A DNA stretch of 46,870 bases from an uncultured Pseudomonadota bacterium (GCA_963847705.1 CAWKBC010000038.1:1-46870), one strand, 5' to 3'; positions 37,116-46,627 are shown, counted from the first letter of the stretch. Notes: a model not told the origin generated them from the letters alone. Translations and numbers: made by a program.

Positions 37116-38216
37116 GTGGCCGTGGCCCTCGCACCTGCCTACGCAATCGCGATCTTGATGACCGCGGGGCCCGACGACGGCTGCCCTTCGCCGCGCCAGC
37201 TGGCCGACGCCCTCTCGGCGCATTTGCCCGGGATGGTGCTGCCGTTTGGCCACGCCACCGGCCCGACCACGCTGCGCCTCGGGGTCGCGATCGACGCGGC
37301 CGGGGCGATGCGGCTCGATCTTTATGACCCGGAGGGGGGACCGCTCCTCCATCGCTGGCTCCCGCCGAGCGATCGCACGCACGCGGGTGACTGCCCGGCC
37401 CTGGCCGAGACGGCCGCGCTGATCGTGGAGCGCTACTGGCACGAGGTCGGTTACGACGTCCCGCTCGAAACCCCGAACGCCCCACCCAAACCACCGCAGC
37501 CGAAGGCGACAGCGCCTCCACCCCCAGCTCCGCCTCCACCTCCGCCACCGAAGGCCGCCCCACCTCCGCCGCCCAGACCTGCGCCGCCGCCGGCCCCTCC
37601 GCCGGTGGCCGAGAAGGTGAGCCCACCGCCGGAGCCCCAAGCTCGTCGGCCGCAGCCTCCGGCCGAACCCTTGCCGCCGCCACGGTGGTGGATCGGCGGC
37701 GGCGCGGAGGGCCTCCTGACCGCTTCGGGAGATCGCGCCGGCGCGGCCGTCCTGGCGATCACCCTCGAAGGCCTCGCCTTCGGGCGACGCCTGGGACTCC
37801 GGCTGTCGGCGGGCGCCGAGACCGGCGTCTCGGTTCCGGTTACGAGCGGCGGATGTGCACAACCAAAGGCGTGCAGCGCCGACGTGCTCCGGTTCCCGGC
37901 GCGGATGGGTGCCTACCTGCCGATCTCGCTCGGGGTCGGCCAGCTCGAGCCCGGAATCGGCGTCGACCTCGGCGCCATCGAGGTCACCTACCGGCACGGA
38001 TCGACCTCCCAGACGCACCTCGGCGTCACCCGCGGAATCGACGCCGCCCTCGGCTGGGCGCTGCCGCTGCCGCATCATATTTATATTCGGGCATTGGCTC
38101 AGGCCGTGACGGAGGTCCCCTACCACGTCGTAACTGCCTCTAACGACACGGCAATCTTCACTACTCCCAGTTTCCGCTTCGTGCTTGGGATAGAATTGGG
38201 CGTTTGGTTTCCCTGA
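37116..38216 (+). CDS. Exported protein: 2-Cys N-domain, Pro-rich linker, beta-barrel-like C-domain (first gene of ECF cassette 2)
   Basis: GPDDGCPS..GDCPALAETAALIV domain, long Pro tract and amphipathic strands ending LGIELGVWFP. Confidence 0.75.
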   Translation: MAVALAPAYAIAILMTAGPDDGCPSPRQLADALSAHLPGMVLPFGHATGPTTLRLGVAIDAAGAMRLDLYDPEGGPLLHRWLPPSDRTHAGDCPALAETAALIVERYWHEVGYDVPLETPNAPPKPPQPKATAPPPPAPPPPPPPKAAPPPPPRPAPPPAPPPVAEKVSPPPEPQARRPQPPAEPLPPPRWWIGGGAEGLLTASGDRAGAAVLAITLEGLAFGRRLGLRLSAGAETGVSVPVTSGGCAQPKACSADVLRFPARMGAYLPISLGVGQLEPGIGVDLGAIEVTYRHGSTSQTHLGVTRGIDAALGWALPLPHHIYIRALAQAVTEVPYHVVTASNDTAIFTTPSFRFVLGIELGVWFP

Positions 38217-38244
38217 TGAAGCGAAACCGAGTGGGTCACTAATC

Positions 38245-38841
38245 ATGGCAGAGGGTCCCGTGAACACGCCTGGCCTGATGCGCGCCGCTCCGAGCGGTGG
38301 AAGCTTGACCGCCGACCTGGACATGGTGGCGCGGTGCCGCCGTGGCGATGGGGTCGCGTGGCGCGGTCTCTATGACCGCTACGCGCCGATCGTCTATCGG
38401 TTCCTTTCGGCCTTCGGCGTGCCGAACGAGGATCGGGAGGACGCCTGTCAGGAGGTGTTCGTCGCCATCTACCGGAGCCTGGCCCGCTTCCGGGGTGAGG
38501 CGCGGCTCTCGACCTGGATCTATCGGATCGCGGCCCGCCACGCCGGCCGCATCTCTCGCCGCCGCCGCGTGCGGGGCCTCCTGTCGACGCTGCTCCTGCG
38601 GGAGCCGCCGCCCCCTCCGGCGCCGGATCCTTCGGAGCGCAGCGAGCGGCTGCAGCTCCTCGACGAGCTGGTGAGCAAGCTGTCGCCCAAGAAGCGGCTG
38701 GTGCTGGTCCTGTTCGAGATCGAGGGGGTCCCCATCGAGGAGGTCGCCAAGATCGCGGGCTGCCCGGAGAACACCGCCTGGTCGCGGCTGCACTACGCGC
38801 GCGCCGAGCTGGTGGCGATGGCCAAGAAGAGGGTGCGGTGA
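38245..38841 (+). CDS. ECF-type RNA polymerase sigma-70 factor
   Basis: LYDRY..EDACQEVF..FRGEARLSTWIYRIA and LFEIEG..EEVA..PENTAWSRLHYAR motifs. Confidence 0.94.
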   Translation: MAEGPVNTPGLMRAAPSGGSLTADLDMVARCRRGDGVAWRGLYDRYAPIVYRFLSAFGVPNEDREDACQEVFVAIYRSLARFRGEARLSTWIYRIAARHAGRISRRRRVRGLLSTLLLREPPPPPAPDPSERSERLQLLDELVSKLSPKKRLVLVLFEIEGVPIEEVAKIAGCPENTAWSRLHYARAELVAMAKKRVR

Positions 38842-40319
38842 CGCCGCAGCACCGCTGGCCCGACGGCCCGGACGAGGTCTCGGCCGAGCTGCGGCGCGCC
38901 CTGGACGAGGCAGCGCTGCGCGGCCCCGACGACATGACCCTGCGGCGGGGGTGGAGCGCGGTCGCCGTGCCGGTGCAGCCTGCGCGCACGCGGCGCGGGT
39001 TCTGGTTTGCCGGCGGCGTGGCGACGACCGCCGCGCTGGTGCTGGCCGGATCGTTCTGGCTCTGGCCGCACCCGACGGAGCTGGCCGCAGGGGGACACCT
39101 GAAGGCGCCCGCCAGGAGCGAGAGCCCCATCGCGCCGGGAGCGCGCCGGCTGACGCTCGAAGGGGGCGTCGAGGCGGTGCTCGGCCGATCGAGCGTCATG
39201 CGGCTGGAGGACGGCGCGCCGCGGATCGAGGTGGGCGAGGTCCGGTTCAGCGTGCCGCACCGCCAGCCTGGGCACCCGTTCGTCGTCCGCGCCGAGGGCT
39301 ATCGCGTGGTCGTCGTCGGCACCCGGTTCGGCATCAACGTCGACGGCAAGAGCGACAGCGTCGATGGCAAAAGCGACGGCAGGAGCGACGGCAAGGCCGA
39401 CAGCAAGCCGGAGGGGACCAAGGCGGTGGCGGTCGACGTCGACGAAGGGATCGTCGAGGTCTGGGACGCGGCCACCCAGCGCCGTCTGGCGCGGCTCACC
39501 CCCGGCGAGAGCTGGCAGAGCCCCGAGGTCGCCGCCCGGGCGCCGTCCGGGCCTGCCGAGGTCGAGCCGACGCCCGCGTCCGGCTGGCCGGCGCCGACGC
39601 TCTCGACGCCGCCGCGCACTCTTCGACACTCGGGCAAGCATCCGGGAGCCCGCAGCTTGGCGCTCGCCTCACCGGGTGAGACCACGACGACCAGCGACCG
39701 CCTGCCGAACCCGGCCGAAGCGCCCACCGCCGAGTCGGCGGCCGCCCGCGCAGCGCTCGCTTCGGGGGACGCGCCGCGCGCGCTGCAGCTTTACCGCGCG
39801 CTGGCGCAGGGGACCGGCCCTTCGGCCGAGAACGCCTCCTACGAAATCGGGAAGGTTCTGAACGAGAAGCTCGGGCAGCCTGCCAACGCGGTGGCCGCCT
39901 GGCGGCACTACCGGACGGCAAACCCCGACGGGCTTCTGCGCGCCGAGGCGGACGTGTCGATCATCGAGACGCTCGCCCGCACCGGCGACACCGACGAGGC
40001 GCTGTCGGAGGCGAACGACTTCCTGCGGCGCCGCCCCGACAGCGAGCGGCGCGCCGAGATCGCGCGGCTGGCCGGCGATCTCTACCGAGCGCGGGGCGAC
40101 TGTCACCGCGCCCTCGCGGCTTACCAGATCACGCTGGGGGCTTCGCGCCCCCGCGACGCCGTCGAGGCCGCCACCTTCCATCGCGCGGCTTGCCTGGTCC
40201 ATCTCGGCGATGCGGGCGGCGCCGACGCCGCGCGGGCCTACCTGCGCGCCTACCCGAGCGGAAAGTTCCGTGGCGAGGCGGCGGCGCTGGCGGGCGGCGG
40301 TTCCGCGCTGCATCCGTAG
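38838..40319 (+). CDS. Anti-sigma factor candidate with FecR domain and C-terminal TPR repeats
   Basis: GTGA overlap with the sigma gene, single TM, FecR pattern GEVRFSV..PFVV..VVVGTRF..V.V.EG.VEV, and TPRs ending YLRAYPSGKF. Confidence 0.85.
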   Translation: MTPQHRWPDGPDEVSAELRRALDEAALRGPDDMTLRRGWSAVAVPVQPARTRRGFWFAGGVATTAALVLAGSFWLWPHPTELAAGGHLKAPARSESPIAPGARRLTLEGGVEAVLGRSSVMRLEDGAPRIEVGEVRFSVPHRQPGHPFVVRAEGYRVVVVGTRFGINVDGKSDSVDGKSDGRSDGKADSKPEGTKAVAVDVDEGIVEVWDAATQRRLARLTPGESWQSPEVAARAPSGPAEVEPTPASGWPAPTLSTPPRTLRHSGKHPGARSLALASPGETTTTSDRLPNPAEAPTAESAAARAALASGDAPRALQLYRALAQGTGPSAENASYEIGKVLNEKLGQPANAVAAWRHYRTANPDGLLRAEADVSIIETLARTGDTDEALSEANDFLRRRPDSERRAEIARLAGDLYRARGDCHRALAAYQITLGASRPRDAVEAATFHRAACLVHLGDAGGADAARAYLRAYPSGKFRGEAAALAGGGSALHP

Positions 40320-40325
40320 GCGGCC

Positions 40326-41450
40326 GTGACGCGGCGGATCTCGCTCGCCTGCGCGCTGCTGGCCATCTTCCTGGGCGCCTGCCAGCAGACACTGGTGCTC
40401 GACGACCTCGCCGACGCCGGGCGACGCGGCACCGGAGGAACCGGCGGAACCGGCGGAACCGGCGGAACCGGAGGAACCGGCGGAACCGGCGGCAGTCCGA
40501 CCGACGCCGGTTCGAGCGACGCGCACTGCCAGGTGCCCCCCGTCAGCTTCACGCCCGACACCCCACAGGTGATTGTGGTCCTCGATCGCTCCTCGATGAC
40601 GACCCAGATGCCGTTCGGATCCCAGGACACCGAATTCACCGCGGCTGCGGCGGACCTCAGCGCCGAGGTCTCGAGTTACCAGGCGAGCAACGGGCAAGGG
40701 CGCGCCACCAAGCCGCCGATCAGCTTTTCGTTCCTGGACTTCCCCGACAGCGCCTCCGACTGCAACGCCGCGGTCGGCTGCTGCGCGAGCGACGTCATGT
40801 CGACACCCAACAGCCAGGCTTTCCAGAACGCGGTCTACTACGCCTGCGGCGCACCCAACGCCTGCGTATCGTCGAACAACCGCCCGATCGCCGCGGCGCT
40901 CACCACCGCCTACGACGCTTTCAACCAGGCGAGCGGCCCGCAGTCCGGCCAGCGGTTCGTGCTGCTGGTGACCGGAGGTCCGCCCAGCGGCCAATGCTTG
41001 ACCCTCGGCGACTGTCAGAGCGCCATCAACGAGGTCGACTCCCTCTTCAAGAAGCTCGACGTGACGACCTACATCGTCGGAATGGGTGACCAGACGAACG
41101 ACAGCTGCCTGCAGGCGATGGCCAACGACGAGGGGTCGGCGCAGTTCTACAGTGCGGCGAGCACGCCCAACGATCTCGTCAGCGCGCTCGAAGCAATCAC
41201 CGGCAGCATCGCCGCATCAGCCTGCCGCTTGACGCTGTCGTCGGGGACCATCTCGGCGAGCCAGCTGGCGGTTCAGTTCCAGGGGACGCCGGTCCTGCCG
41301 GACTTCAAGAACGGCTGGTCCTTCGACGACGGCGGCGGCACGCCGCGCCTCACCCTGCACGGCAGCGCCTGCCAGAGCTTCATCCAGAACTATCCCTTTG
41401 GCCTGCAGATCTCCGACGGTTGCGTCTCGGATCACTTCCCCAATCCCTGA
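40326..41450 (+). CDS. Cys-rich lipoprotein with VWA-like domain
   Basis: Lipobox LGAC, (TGG)7 linker, MIDAS-like VVLDRSSM, P..AAL, VLLVTGG and TYIVGMG. C-terminal NGWS..LHGSAC module. Confidence 0.8.
   Translation: MTRRISLACALLAIFLGACQQTLVLDDLADAGRRGTGGTGGTGGTGGTGGTGGTGGSPTDAGSSDAHCQVPPVSFTPDTPQVIVVLDRSSMTTQMPFGSQDTEFTAAAADLSAEVSSYQASNGQGRATKPPISFSFLDFPDSASDCNAAVGCCASDVMSTPNSQAFQNAVYYACGAPNACVSSNNRPIAAALTTAYDAFNQASGPQSGQRFVLLVTGGPPSGQCLTLGDCQSAINEVDSLFKKLDVTTYIVGMGDQTNDSCLQAMANDEGSAQFYSAASTPNDLVSALEAITGSIAASACRLTLSSGTISASQLAVQFQGTPVLPDFKNGWSFDDGGGTPRLTLHGSACQSFIQNYPFGLQISDGCVSDHFPNP
40431..40493 (+). repeat. 9-bp coding VNTR, 7 copies, encoding (TGG)n
   Basis: accgg(a/c)gga repeated seven times. 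Confidence 0.9.
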
Positions 41451-41482
41451 AGCGCGGGCGCCTGGCCCGCCGGCCCCCGCGG

Positions 41483-42685
41483 TCAGCCCAAGGCAGCGTC
41501 GAGGTCCGCGATCAGATCGTCGACGTGCTCGATGCCGACGGAGAGGCGGCAGAGGCCGTCGGTGATGCCGAGGGCGCGGCGGCGCTCCGGGGGGATCGAG
41601 GCGTGGGTCATGATGGCCGGGTGCTCCGCCAGCGACTCGACGCCACCCAGCGATTCGGCGCAGGTGAAGAGCCGCAGGCGCCGCAAGAAGGCGCGCGCCT
41701 TGCCGAGCGCCCCCCGCCCTTCGTGAAACGCGAAGCTCACCATGCCGCCGAAGCCGGACATCTGCCGCTTCGCCAGCGCATGTTGCGGGTGCGAGCGCAG
41801 GCCGGGGTAGATCACCTGCGCGATCTCGCGGCGCGATTCCAGCCAGCGGGCGACCCGCAGGGCGTTCTCCTGGTGGCGTTCCATGCGGACGGCCAGCGTC
41901 TTCGTTCCGCGCAGCACCAGGAAGCTGTCGAAGGCGGGCTGGCTGCCGCCCATCGAGTTCTGGACGAAGGCGATCCGGGCACGCAGCTCGGGGTCATGGC
42001 CGATCACGGCGCCGCCGACGACGTCGGAGTGGCCGTTCAGGTACTTGGTCGTCGAGTGAACGACCAGGTCGGCGCCCAGCTCCAGCGGGCGCTGGAAGTA
42101 GGGGGTCATGAAGGTGTTGTCGACGGCCAGGCGGACCCGGCGCGCGGCACAGATCCGTCCGATGGCCCGGATGTCGGCCAGGCGCAGCAGCGGGTTGGTG
42201 GGCGTCTCCAGCCAGCAGAGCTTGGTGCGCGGGCCGATCGCGGCGGCGACCGCGCCGGCGTCGCGCGCGTCGACGAAGGTGAAGCTGAGTCCGAACCGGC
42301 GGAAGACCTTGTCGAAGAGGCGAAAGCTGCCGCCGTAGATGTCGTCGCCGGCGACCACGTGATCGCCCGCCTCCAGCGTGGCCAGCACGGCGGTCGTGGC
42401 GGCGACGCCGGCGTTGAACGCCAGCCCCCAGTCGCCCCCCTCCAGCGCCGCCAGGTTCCCCTCCAGCGCGAAGCGGGTCGGGTTCTGGGTGCGCGAATAC
42501 TCGAAACCGGTGTGCTCGCCCGGCCCTTTTTGCGCATAGGTCGAGGTCAGGAAGACGGGCGTCATCACCGCGCCGGTGATCGGCTCCGGGCTCTGGCCGG
42601 CGTGCACCGCCTGCGTCTCGAACCTCGCTGGGCGCTTCGTCCGTCGGGCTTTTCCGTTTGGCCCCGCGGGGCGCGGGCGCTTCAT
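41483..42685 (-). CDS. Cystathionine gamma-lyase/synthase (Cys/Met PLP enzyme)
   Basis: YSRTQNPT, ETPTNP, VDNTF, HSTTKYLNGH, ESLGG and RLSVGIE motifs. ATGA overlap with cbs. Confidence 0.94.
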   Translation of the reverse strand: MKRPRPAGPNGKARRTKRPARFETQAVHAGQSPEPITGAVMTPVFLTSTYAQKGPGEHTGFEYSRTQNPTRFALEGNLAALEGGDWGLAFNAGVAATTAVLATLEAGDHVVAGDDIYGGSFRLFDKVFRRFGLSFTFVDARDAGAVAAAIGPRTKLCWLETPTNPLLRLADIRAIGRICAARRVRLAVDNTFMTPYFQRPLELGADLVVHSTTKYLNGHSDVVGGAVIGHDPELRARIAFVQNSMGGSQPAFDSFLVLRGTKTLAVRMERHQENALRVARWLESRREIAQVIYPGLRSHPQHALAKRQMSGFGGMVSFAFHEGRGALGKARAFLRRLRLFTCAESLGGVESLAEHPAIMTHASIPPERRRALGITDGLCRLSVGIEHVDDLIADLDAALG

Positions 42686-44061
42686 GCGCGCCGCTCGGCC
42701 AGGAACTCGATGAGATCGATCTTGGTGATCACCCCGACGATGGCGTCGCCGGTCTGGACCACCACCATCTGGGCGTCGTTGAAGATGTTGCGCAGGAGGT
42801 GGATGCGCGTCGACGACGTCACCGTCGCATAGTCCGATTCGACCAGCGGATCGATCGGCGCGTCCAGCCCGCCTTCCCCTTGCACCAGGAACCCCAGCAG
42901 ATCGACCTCGGTGACCAGGCCGGCGAGCTGGCCCCCCTCCTGCTCCAGCACCGGCATCTGCGAGACGCCTCCGTCGCGCATGGAGGCGATCACGTTGCGG
43001 ACCGAATCCCCCTTCTTGGCGGTGATGAGCGGGCGTTGCTTCTTGTGGCGCAGGAGCTCGGCCACCGTCCCCAACGGATCGGGCTCGTCGAGGAAGCCGT
43101 TCTCGCGCATCCACTTGTCGTCGAAGATCTTCGACAGGTACTTGGACGCGCCGTCGGGGAGCAGCACCAGGATGTTCTCCTTCCGCTTCGAGGCCTCGGC
43201 GTACTTGATCGCCCCCGCCACCGCCGCGCCCGAGCTGCCGCCCACGAACAGCCCCTCCTGGCGCACCAGCTCGCGCGTCATCAAAAAGCACTCCTTGTCG
43301 TCGACGCGCACGATCTCGTCGACCAGCTTGAGGTTCATCGTGCTCGGCAGAAAGTCCTCGCCGATCCCCTCGACGTAGTAGGCGAAGGGCCGGGTCATCC
43401 GTCCCGTCTTCACGAACTCGTAGTAGAGCGACCCGATCGGGTCGACGCCGACCAGCCGGAAGCCGGGCTTCTTCTCCTTGAAGAAGCGCCCGCAGCCGGA
43501 GATCGTCCCGCCGGTCCCCATGCCGGCGACGAAGACGTCGACCTCGCCGTTGGTCTGCCCCCAGATCTCGGGCGCCGTCGAGCTGTAGTGCGCGTCGGGG
43601 TTGGCGGGGTTGTGGTACTGGTTGGCGTAGAAGGCGCCCGGTGTTTCGGCCACGATCCGCTTGGCCGTCTGATAGTAGCTGCGCGGGTCCTCGGGCTCGA
43701 CGGCGGTCGGGCAGATCACCACGCGCGCCCCGAAGGCCCGGAGCCCGGCCACCTTTTCGGGCGACATCTTGTCGGGCATGACGAACACGCAGCTGTAGCC
43801 GCGCAGCGCCGCCACCAGGGCCAGGCCCATCCCGGTGTTGCCGCTGGTCGCCTCGACGATCGTGCCGCCGGGTCCCAGCAGCCCCCGGCGCTCGGCGTCG
43901 GTGACGATGTTGCGCGCCACCCGGTCCTTCATCGAACCGCCCGGGTTGAGGTACTCGCACTTGACGTAAATGTCGGCGGCGACGTGGCGCGCCAGCTTCT
44001 GGAGCTTGACGATCGGCGTGCCGCCGACCGCCTCCAGGATGTTGTTCTTGGCGCCCGTCAC
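42682..44061 (-). CDS. cbs: Cystathionine beta-synthase with C-terminal CBS domains
   Basis: KCEYLNPGGSMKDR, EATSGNTG, GMGTGGT, EGIG, YLSKIF..WM motifs and a CBS domain pair. Confidence 0.93.
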   Translation of the reverse strand: MTGAKNNILEAVGGTPIVKLQKLARHVAADIYVKCEYLNPGGSMKDRVARNIVTDAERRGLLGPGGTIVEATSGNTGMGLALVAALRGYSCVFVMPDKMSPEKVAGLRAFGARVVICPTAVEPEDPRSYYQTAKRIVAETPGAFYANQYHNPANPDAHYSSTAPEIWGQTNGEVDVFVAGMGTGGTISGCGRFFKEKKPGFRLVGVDPIGSLYYEFVKTGRMTRPFAYYVEGIGEDFLPSTMNLKLVDEIVRVDDKECFLMTRELVRQEGLFVGGSSGAAVAGAIKYAEASKRKENILVLLPDGASKYLSKIFDDKWMRENGFLDEPDPLGTVAELLRHKKQRPLITAKKGDSVRNVIASMRDGGVSQMPVLEQEGGQLAGLVTEVDLLGFLVQGEGGLDAPIDPLVESDYATVTSSTRIHLLRNIFNDAQMVVVQTGDAIVGVITKIDLIEFLAERRA

Positions 44062-44075
44062 GACGCGCTCACGGT

Positions 44076-44561
44076 CTAGGCCTTGAAGTGGTCGCGCCCG
44101 TGTGAGGTCCGGAAGTGCTCGACCACGCTCTCTTCCAGCAGCTCCTGCATCGTCTGACCGCCGTAGCGCGCGGCGATGCGGTCGTCATATTCGTCGGCGA
44201 TGATCGCGACATCTCGAATGGTGGTGGTCAGCTCTTCGTGGTCCAGCGTGTCGCCGCCGAGCAGCGTGTGAGAGAAGATAATCACGTCGCCCGCCGGGAC
44301 ATAGGCGAAGGCGCCGAAGCGCAAGAGCGCGTTCATCTCCAGGAGCTGCAGCGCCAGCGGCACCTCCATCGTGACGCCCTTGACCAGCTGAGCGACGCAG
44401 CGGACCACGGCGCGGTCAGGGTTCCAGGCGATGACGTTGATCATCACGATGGATGATCCCTGCTTGACGACGTAGAGGCCCTCATCGACCTTCTTGAACG
44501 CAGGGCTCTTGCGCAAGGTCTTTTCGATGAGCTGGCAGCTCGTCTTGGCGGCGGCGTTCAT
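44076..44561 (-). CDS. YbjN/CesT-like (T3SS chaperone fold) protein
   Basis: QLLEMNALLRFGAF and VAIIADEYDDRI..YGG pattern. Start is ATG 44561 or TTG 44567. Confidence 0.75.
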   Translation of the reverse strand: MNAAAKTSCQLIEKTLRKSPAFKKVDEGLYVVKQGSSIVMINVIAWNPDRAVVRCVAQLVKGVTMEVPLALQLLEMNALLRFGAFAYVPAGDVIIFSHTLLGGDTLDHEELTTTIRDVAIIADEYDDRIAARYGGQTMQELLEESVVEHFRTSHGRDHFKA

Positions 44562-44602
44562 ATCCAAATCGGTACCACGGATAAAGTAAACTCACCACCG
44601 CG

Positions 44603-45850
44603 ATGCGCACCTGTAAGCACTGCGCGCACAACAGCGCCGACCACCTGGCATTTTGTGCAGCGTGCGGGCACTGGCTGGGGTCCCCGACCTCCCGGATGTC
44701 GGCGTTCGGTGGAATGGGCGGGAGCGCAACCGGAAATGGGACCGGCCGGGTCCGGGGCACGGCGGCCTTCTCGCGCACGATGGTGGCAGCACCCCGGGGC
44801 CCCGTCACGGGACGCTCGACCGGGCGGTCGACCGCGCCGTTGCGAGGGGAGACCAGCACCGAGCGGACGCTGGCCGACAGACCCAAGCGGGGGCTCTCCT
44901 GGGCCGGCGACGCCATCGGCTACATCTACGTCTACCTGCGCGACAAGGTCGACGCCGGCGCCCGACGGCGTCGCCTGGCCGAGGAGCGGACCGGCGCCGA
45001 GGCGCTGCTCTCCGGCGCCCTCAACGAGCTGGCCGCGGCGGTCCTGCGCGAAGGGGTGCAGCACCCCGACTTCACCGGGCTCCTGGAGGCGATCGGGCGC
45101 GCCCACGCCCGCCGCGAGGCGGCGGCCGCCGACCTGGAGGCCGCCGAGACGCTGCAACAGAACGAGGCGACCCGCCTGGGGGCGCTGGTCGAGGCCGCCG
45201 AGGGGGAATGGATGGCCAACGACCGCACCAGCCGCGAGGCGGACGAGATCCTGCGGGGCGCCGCGGAGGATCGCGACACCGCCGGGGTGCGTCTTGGGCG
45301 GGTGAAAGACGAGCGGGCCCGACTGGTGCGCGAGATGGGGAGCAACGCCGGCGACGCGCGCGCCGCGCAGCTGGCGCATGACGCCATCGGCCTGGCCGAC
45401 GAGCAGCGCGCGCTGGAGGAGCTGACCGAGAGGCTCGATCGCCAGCTGGCTGATCTCCGCGACAACTCGGCGGCCCTGCGGACGGCGGCAGCGGCGGCCA
45501 AGGCCAAGCTGGAGGCCGCCACGGCCGCGCGCCGCGACGCCGCCTCCGCGATGGGCGCCAGCATCGCCGGCCGACAGCGCGATCGGGCCGCCGCCGAGAA
45601 GGAGGCGGTGGACCTGACCGAGCAGCTCGGACGGACCGCCGCCGAGATCCGGGCGCCCCACGGCGTCCTGCTCTCCTCCTACCAGAACATCGATCGCCTC
45701 ACCGAAACGATCGCCGATCGCGGCGCCCAGATCGCCGCCATCGAACAGATGCAGGCCCACTACGACCAGCGCAAGCTGCTGACCGGCGTGGGCCTGCTGA
45801 CCAGCATGCTCATCGCCACCGCGGCCGCGCTCTGGGCCGTGCTCAGGTAG
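44603..45850 (+). CDS. Zinc-ribbon, coiled-coil, C-terminally anchored membrane protein
   Basis: CKHC..FCAACG at the N-terminus, long Ala/Glu/Arg heptads and a C-terminal TM. Confidence 0.78.
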   Translation: MRTCKHCAHNSADHLAFCAACGHWLGSPTSRMSAFGGMGGSATGNGTGRVRGTAAFSRTMVAAPRGPVTGRSTGRSTAPLRGETSTERTLADRPKRGLSWAGDAIGYIYVYLRDKVDAGARRRRLAEERTGAEALLSGALNELAAAVLREGVQHPDFTGLLEAIGRAHARREAAAADLEAAETLQQNEATRLGALVEAAEGEWMANDRTSREADEILRGAAEDRDTAGVRLGRVKDERARLVREMGSNAGDARAAQLAHDAIGLADEQRALEELTERLDRQLADLRDNSAALRTAAAAAKAKLEAATAARRDAASAMGASIAGRQRDRAAAEKEAVDLTEQLGRTAAEIRAPHGVLLSSYQNIDRLTETIADRGAQIAAIEQMQAHYDQRKLLTGVGLLTSMLIATAAALWAVLR

Positions 45851-46193
45851 TGCGTCTCCCCTCGTCCAGAGCCGCCGGCGCGAACGACTCGACCACCTCG
45901 TAGCTCCCGGGGTCGAACTTGGCGATCGTGAGGATCTCCTGCAGGTAAGGAGCGGGCCCCGGATCCCTCCGCATCGCTTCGTAGTCGCCCAGGCTTCGCC
46001 ACTGTGAGTACATCGTGACCTTCGTGCCATCCAGGCTCCGGTGGAGGCTCGCGGAGAGGAAGCCAGGTGCGGCGCGAACGTAGCCGTCGGTCACCGTGAT
46101 GAGAAGGTCGACGAGCCGTGACTGATTGGCTGGGTCGACGGTAAAAATATTGATGAGCGTCGTCAGGTCAGCGTCTTTCGAGATCGTGGTCAT
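45843..46193 (-). CDS. Antibiotic biosynthesis monooxygenase (ABM) family protein
   Basis: LINIFTVDP.NQ, PGFLSASLHRSLDG and YSQWRS motifs. AGGAG RBS. Confidence 0.88.
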   Translation of the reverse strand: MTTISKDADLTTLINIFTVDPANQSRLVDLLITVTDGYVRAAPGFLSASLHRSLDGTKVTMYSQWRSLGDYEAMRRDPGPAPYLQEILTIAKFDPGSYEVVESFAPAALDEGRRTT

Positions 46194-46255
46194 CGCCTTC
46201 TCCTGAGCCCAATCTTGATCGATCCCCTGCCGACGCCGCCATGGCGGCGTCGCCG

Positions 46256-46627
46256 TCAGGTCTTGGAGAGGGGCGCCGCTTCCAGCGCGACGAAGGCCCA
46301 GGCGGCCAGCAGCAAGAGGCCGCCGAGCGGGGTGACGGCGCCGAGGACCGTGACCCCGGTGATGGCCAGGGCGTAGAGGCTGCCGGCGAAGACGGCGATC
46401 CCGGCGGCGAACAGGGTCAGGATCAGGCGCCCGCGGCGCAGCTTGTCGCCGGCCAGCGCCACCGCCAGCGCCGCCACGGCGTGGACCAGGTGGTAGAGCG
46501 CGCCGGTCCGGTAAATCTCGAGCATCGCGGGCGACAGGCGGGCGCGCAGGCCGTGCGCGCCGAAAGCGCCGAAGGCCACCGCGGTGAAGCCGAGCGCGCC
46601 GGCCAGGCCCAGCCCGCCACGCCTCAC
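46256..46627 (-). CDS. DUF423 family membrane protein
   Basis: GAFGAH, YHLVHA, FAGSLY and GAVTPLGG motifs. Confidence 0.92.
   Translation of the reverse strand: MRRGGLGLAGALGFTAVAFGAFGAHGLRARLSPAMLEIYRTGALYHLVHAVAALAVALAGDKLRRGRLILTLFAAGIAVFAGSLYALAITGVTVLGAVTPLGGLLLLAAWAFVALEAAPLSKT

Noticed and set aside
38214-38240. Shared promoter motif tgatgaa..cgagtg between sigma 2 and the lipoprotein at 26121
   Set aside because: The match is short, the spacing differs by 3 nt, and it is not found upstream of the cassette-2 lipoprotein.
41483-43960. Apparent long fusions (825-aa gamma-lyase; 478-aa cytochrome c at 21842-23278; 605-aa ORF at 30136-31953)
   Set aside because: The N-terminal parts are alternative-frame reads of cbs, thiC and ppx. 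Better starts exist at 42685, 22204 and 31315.
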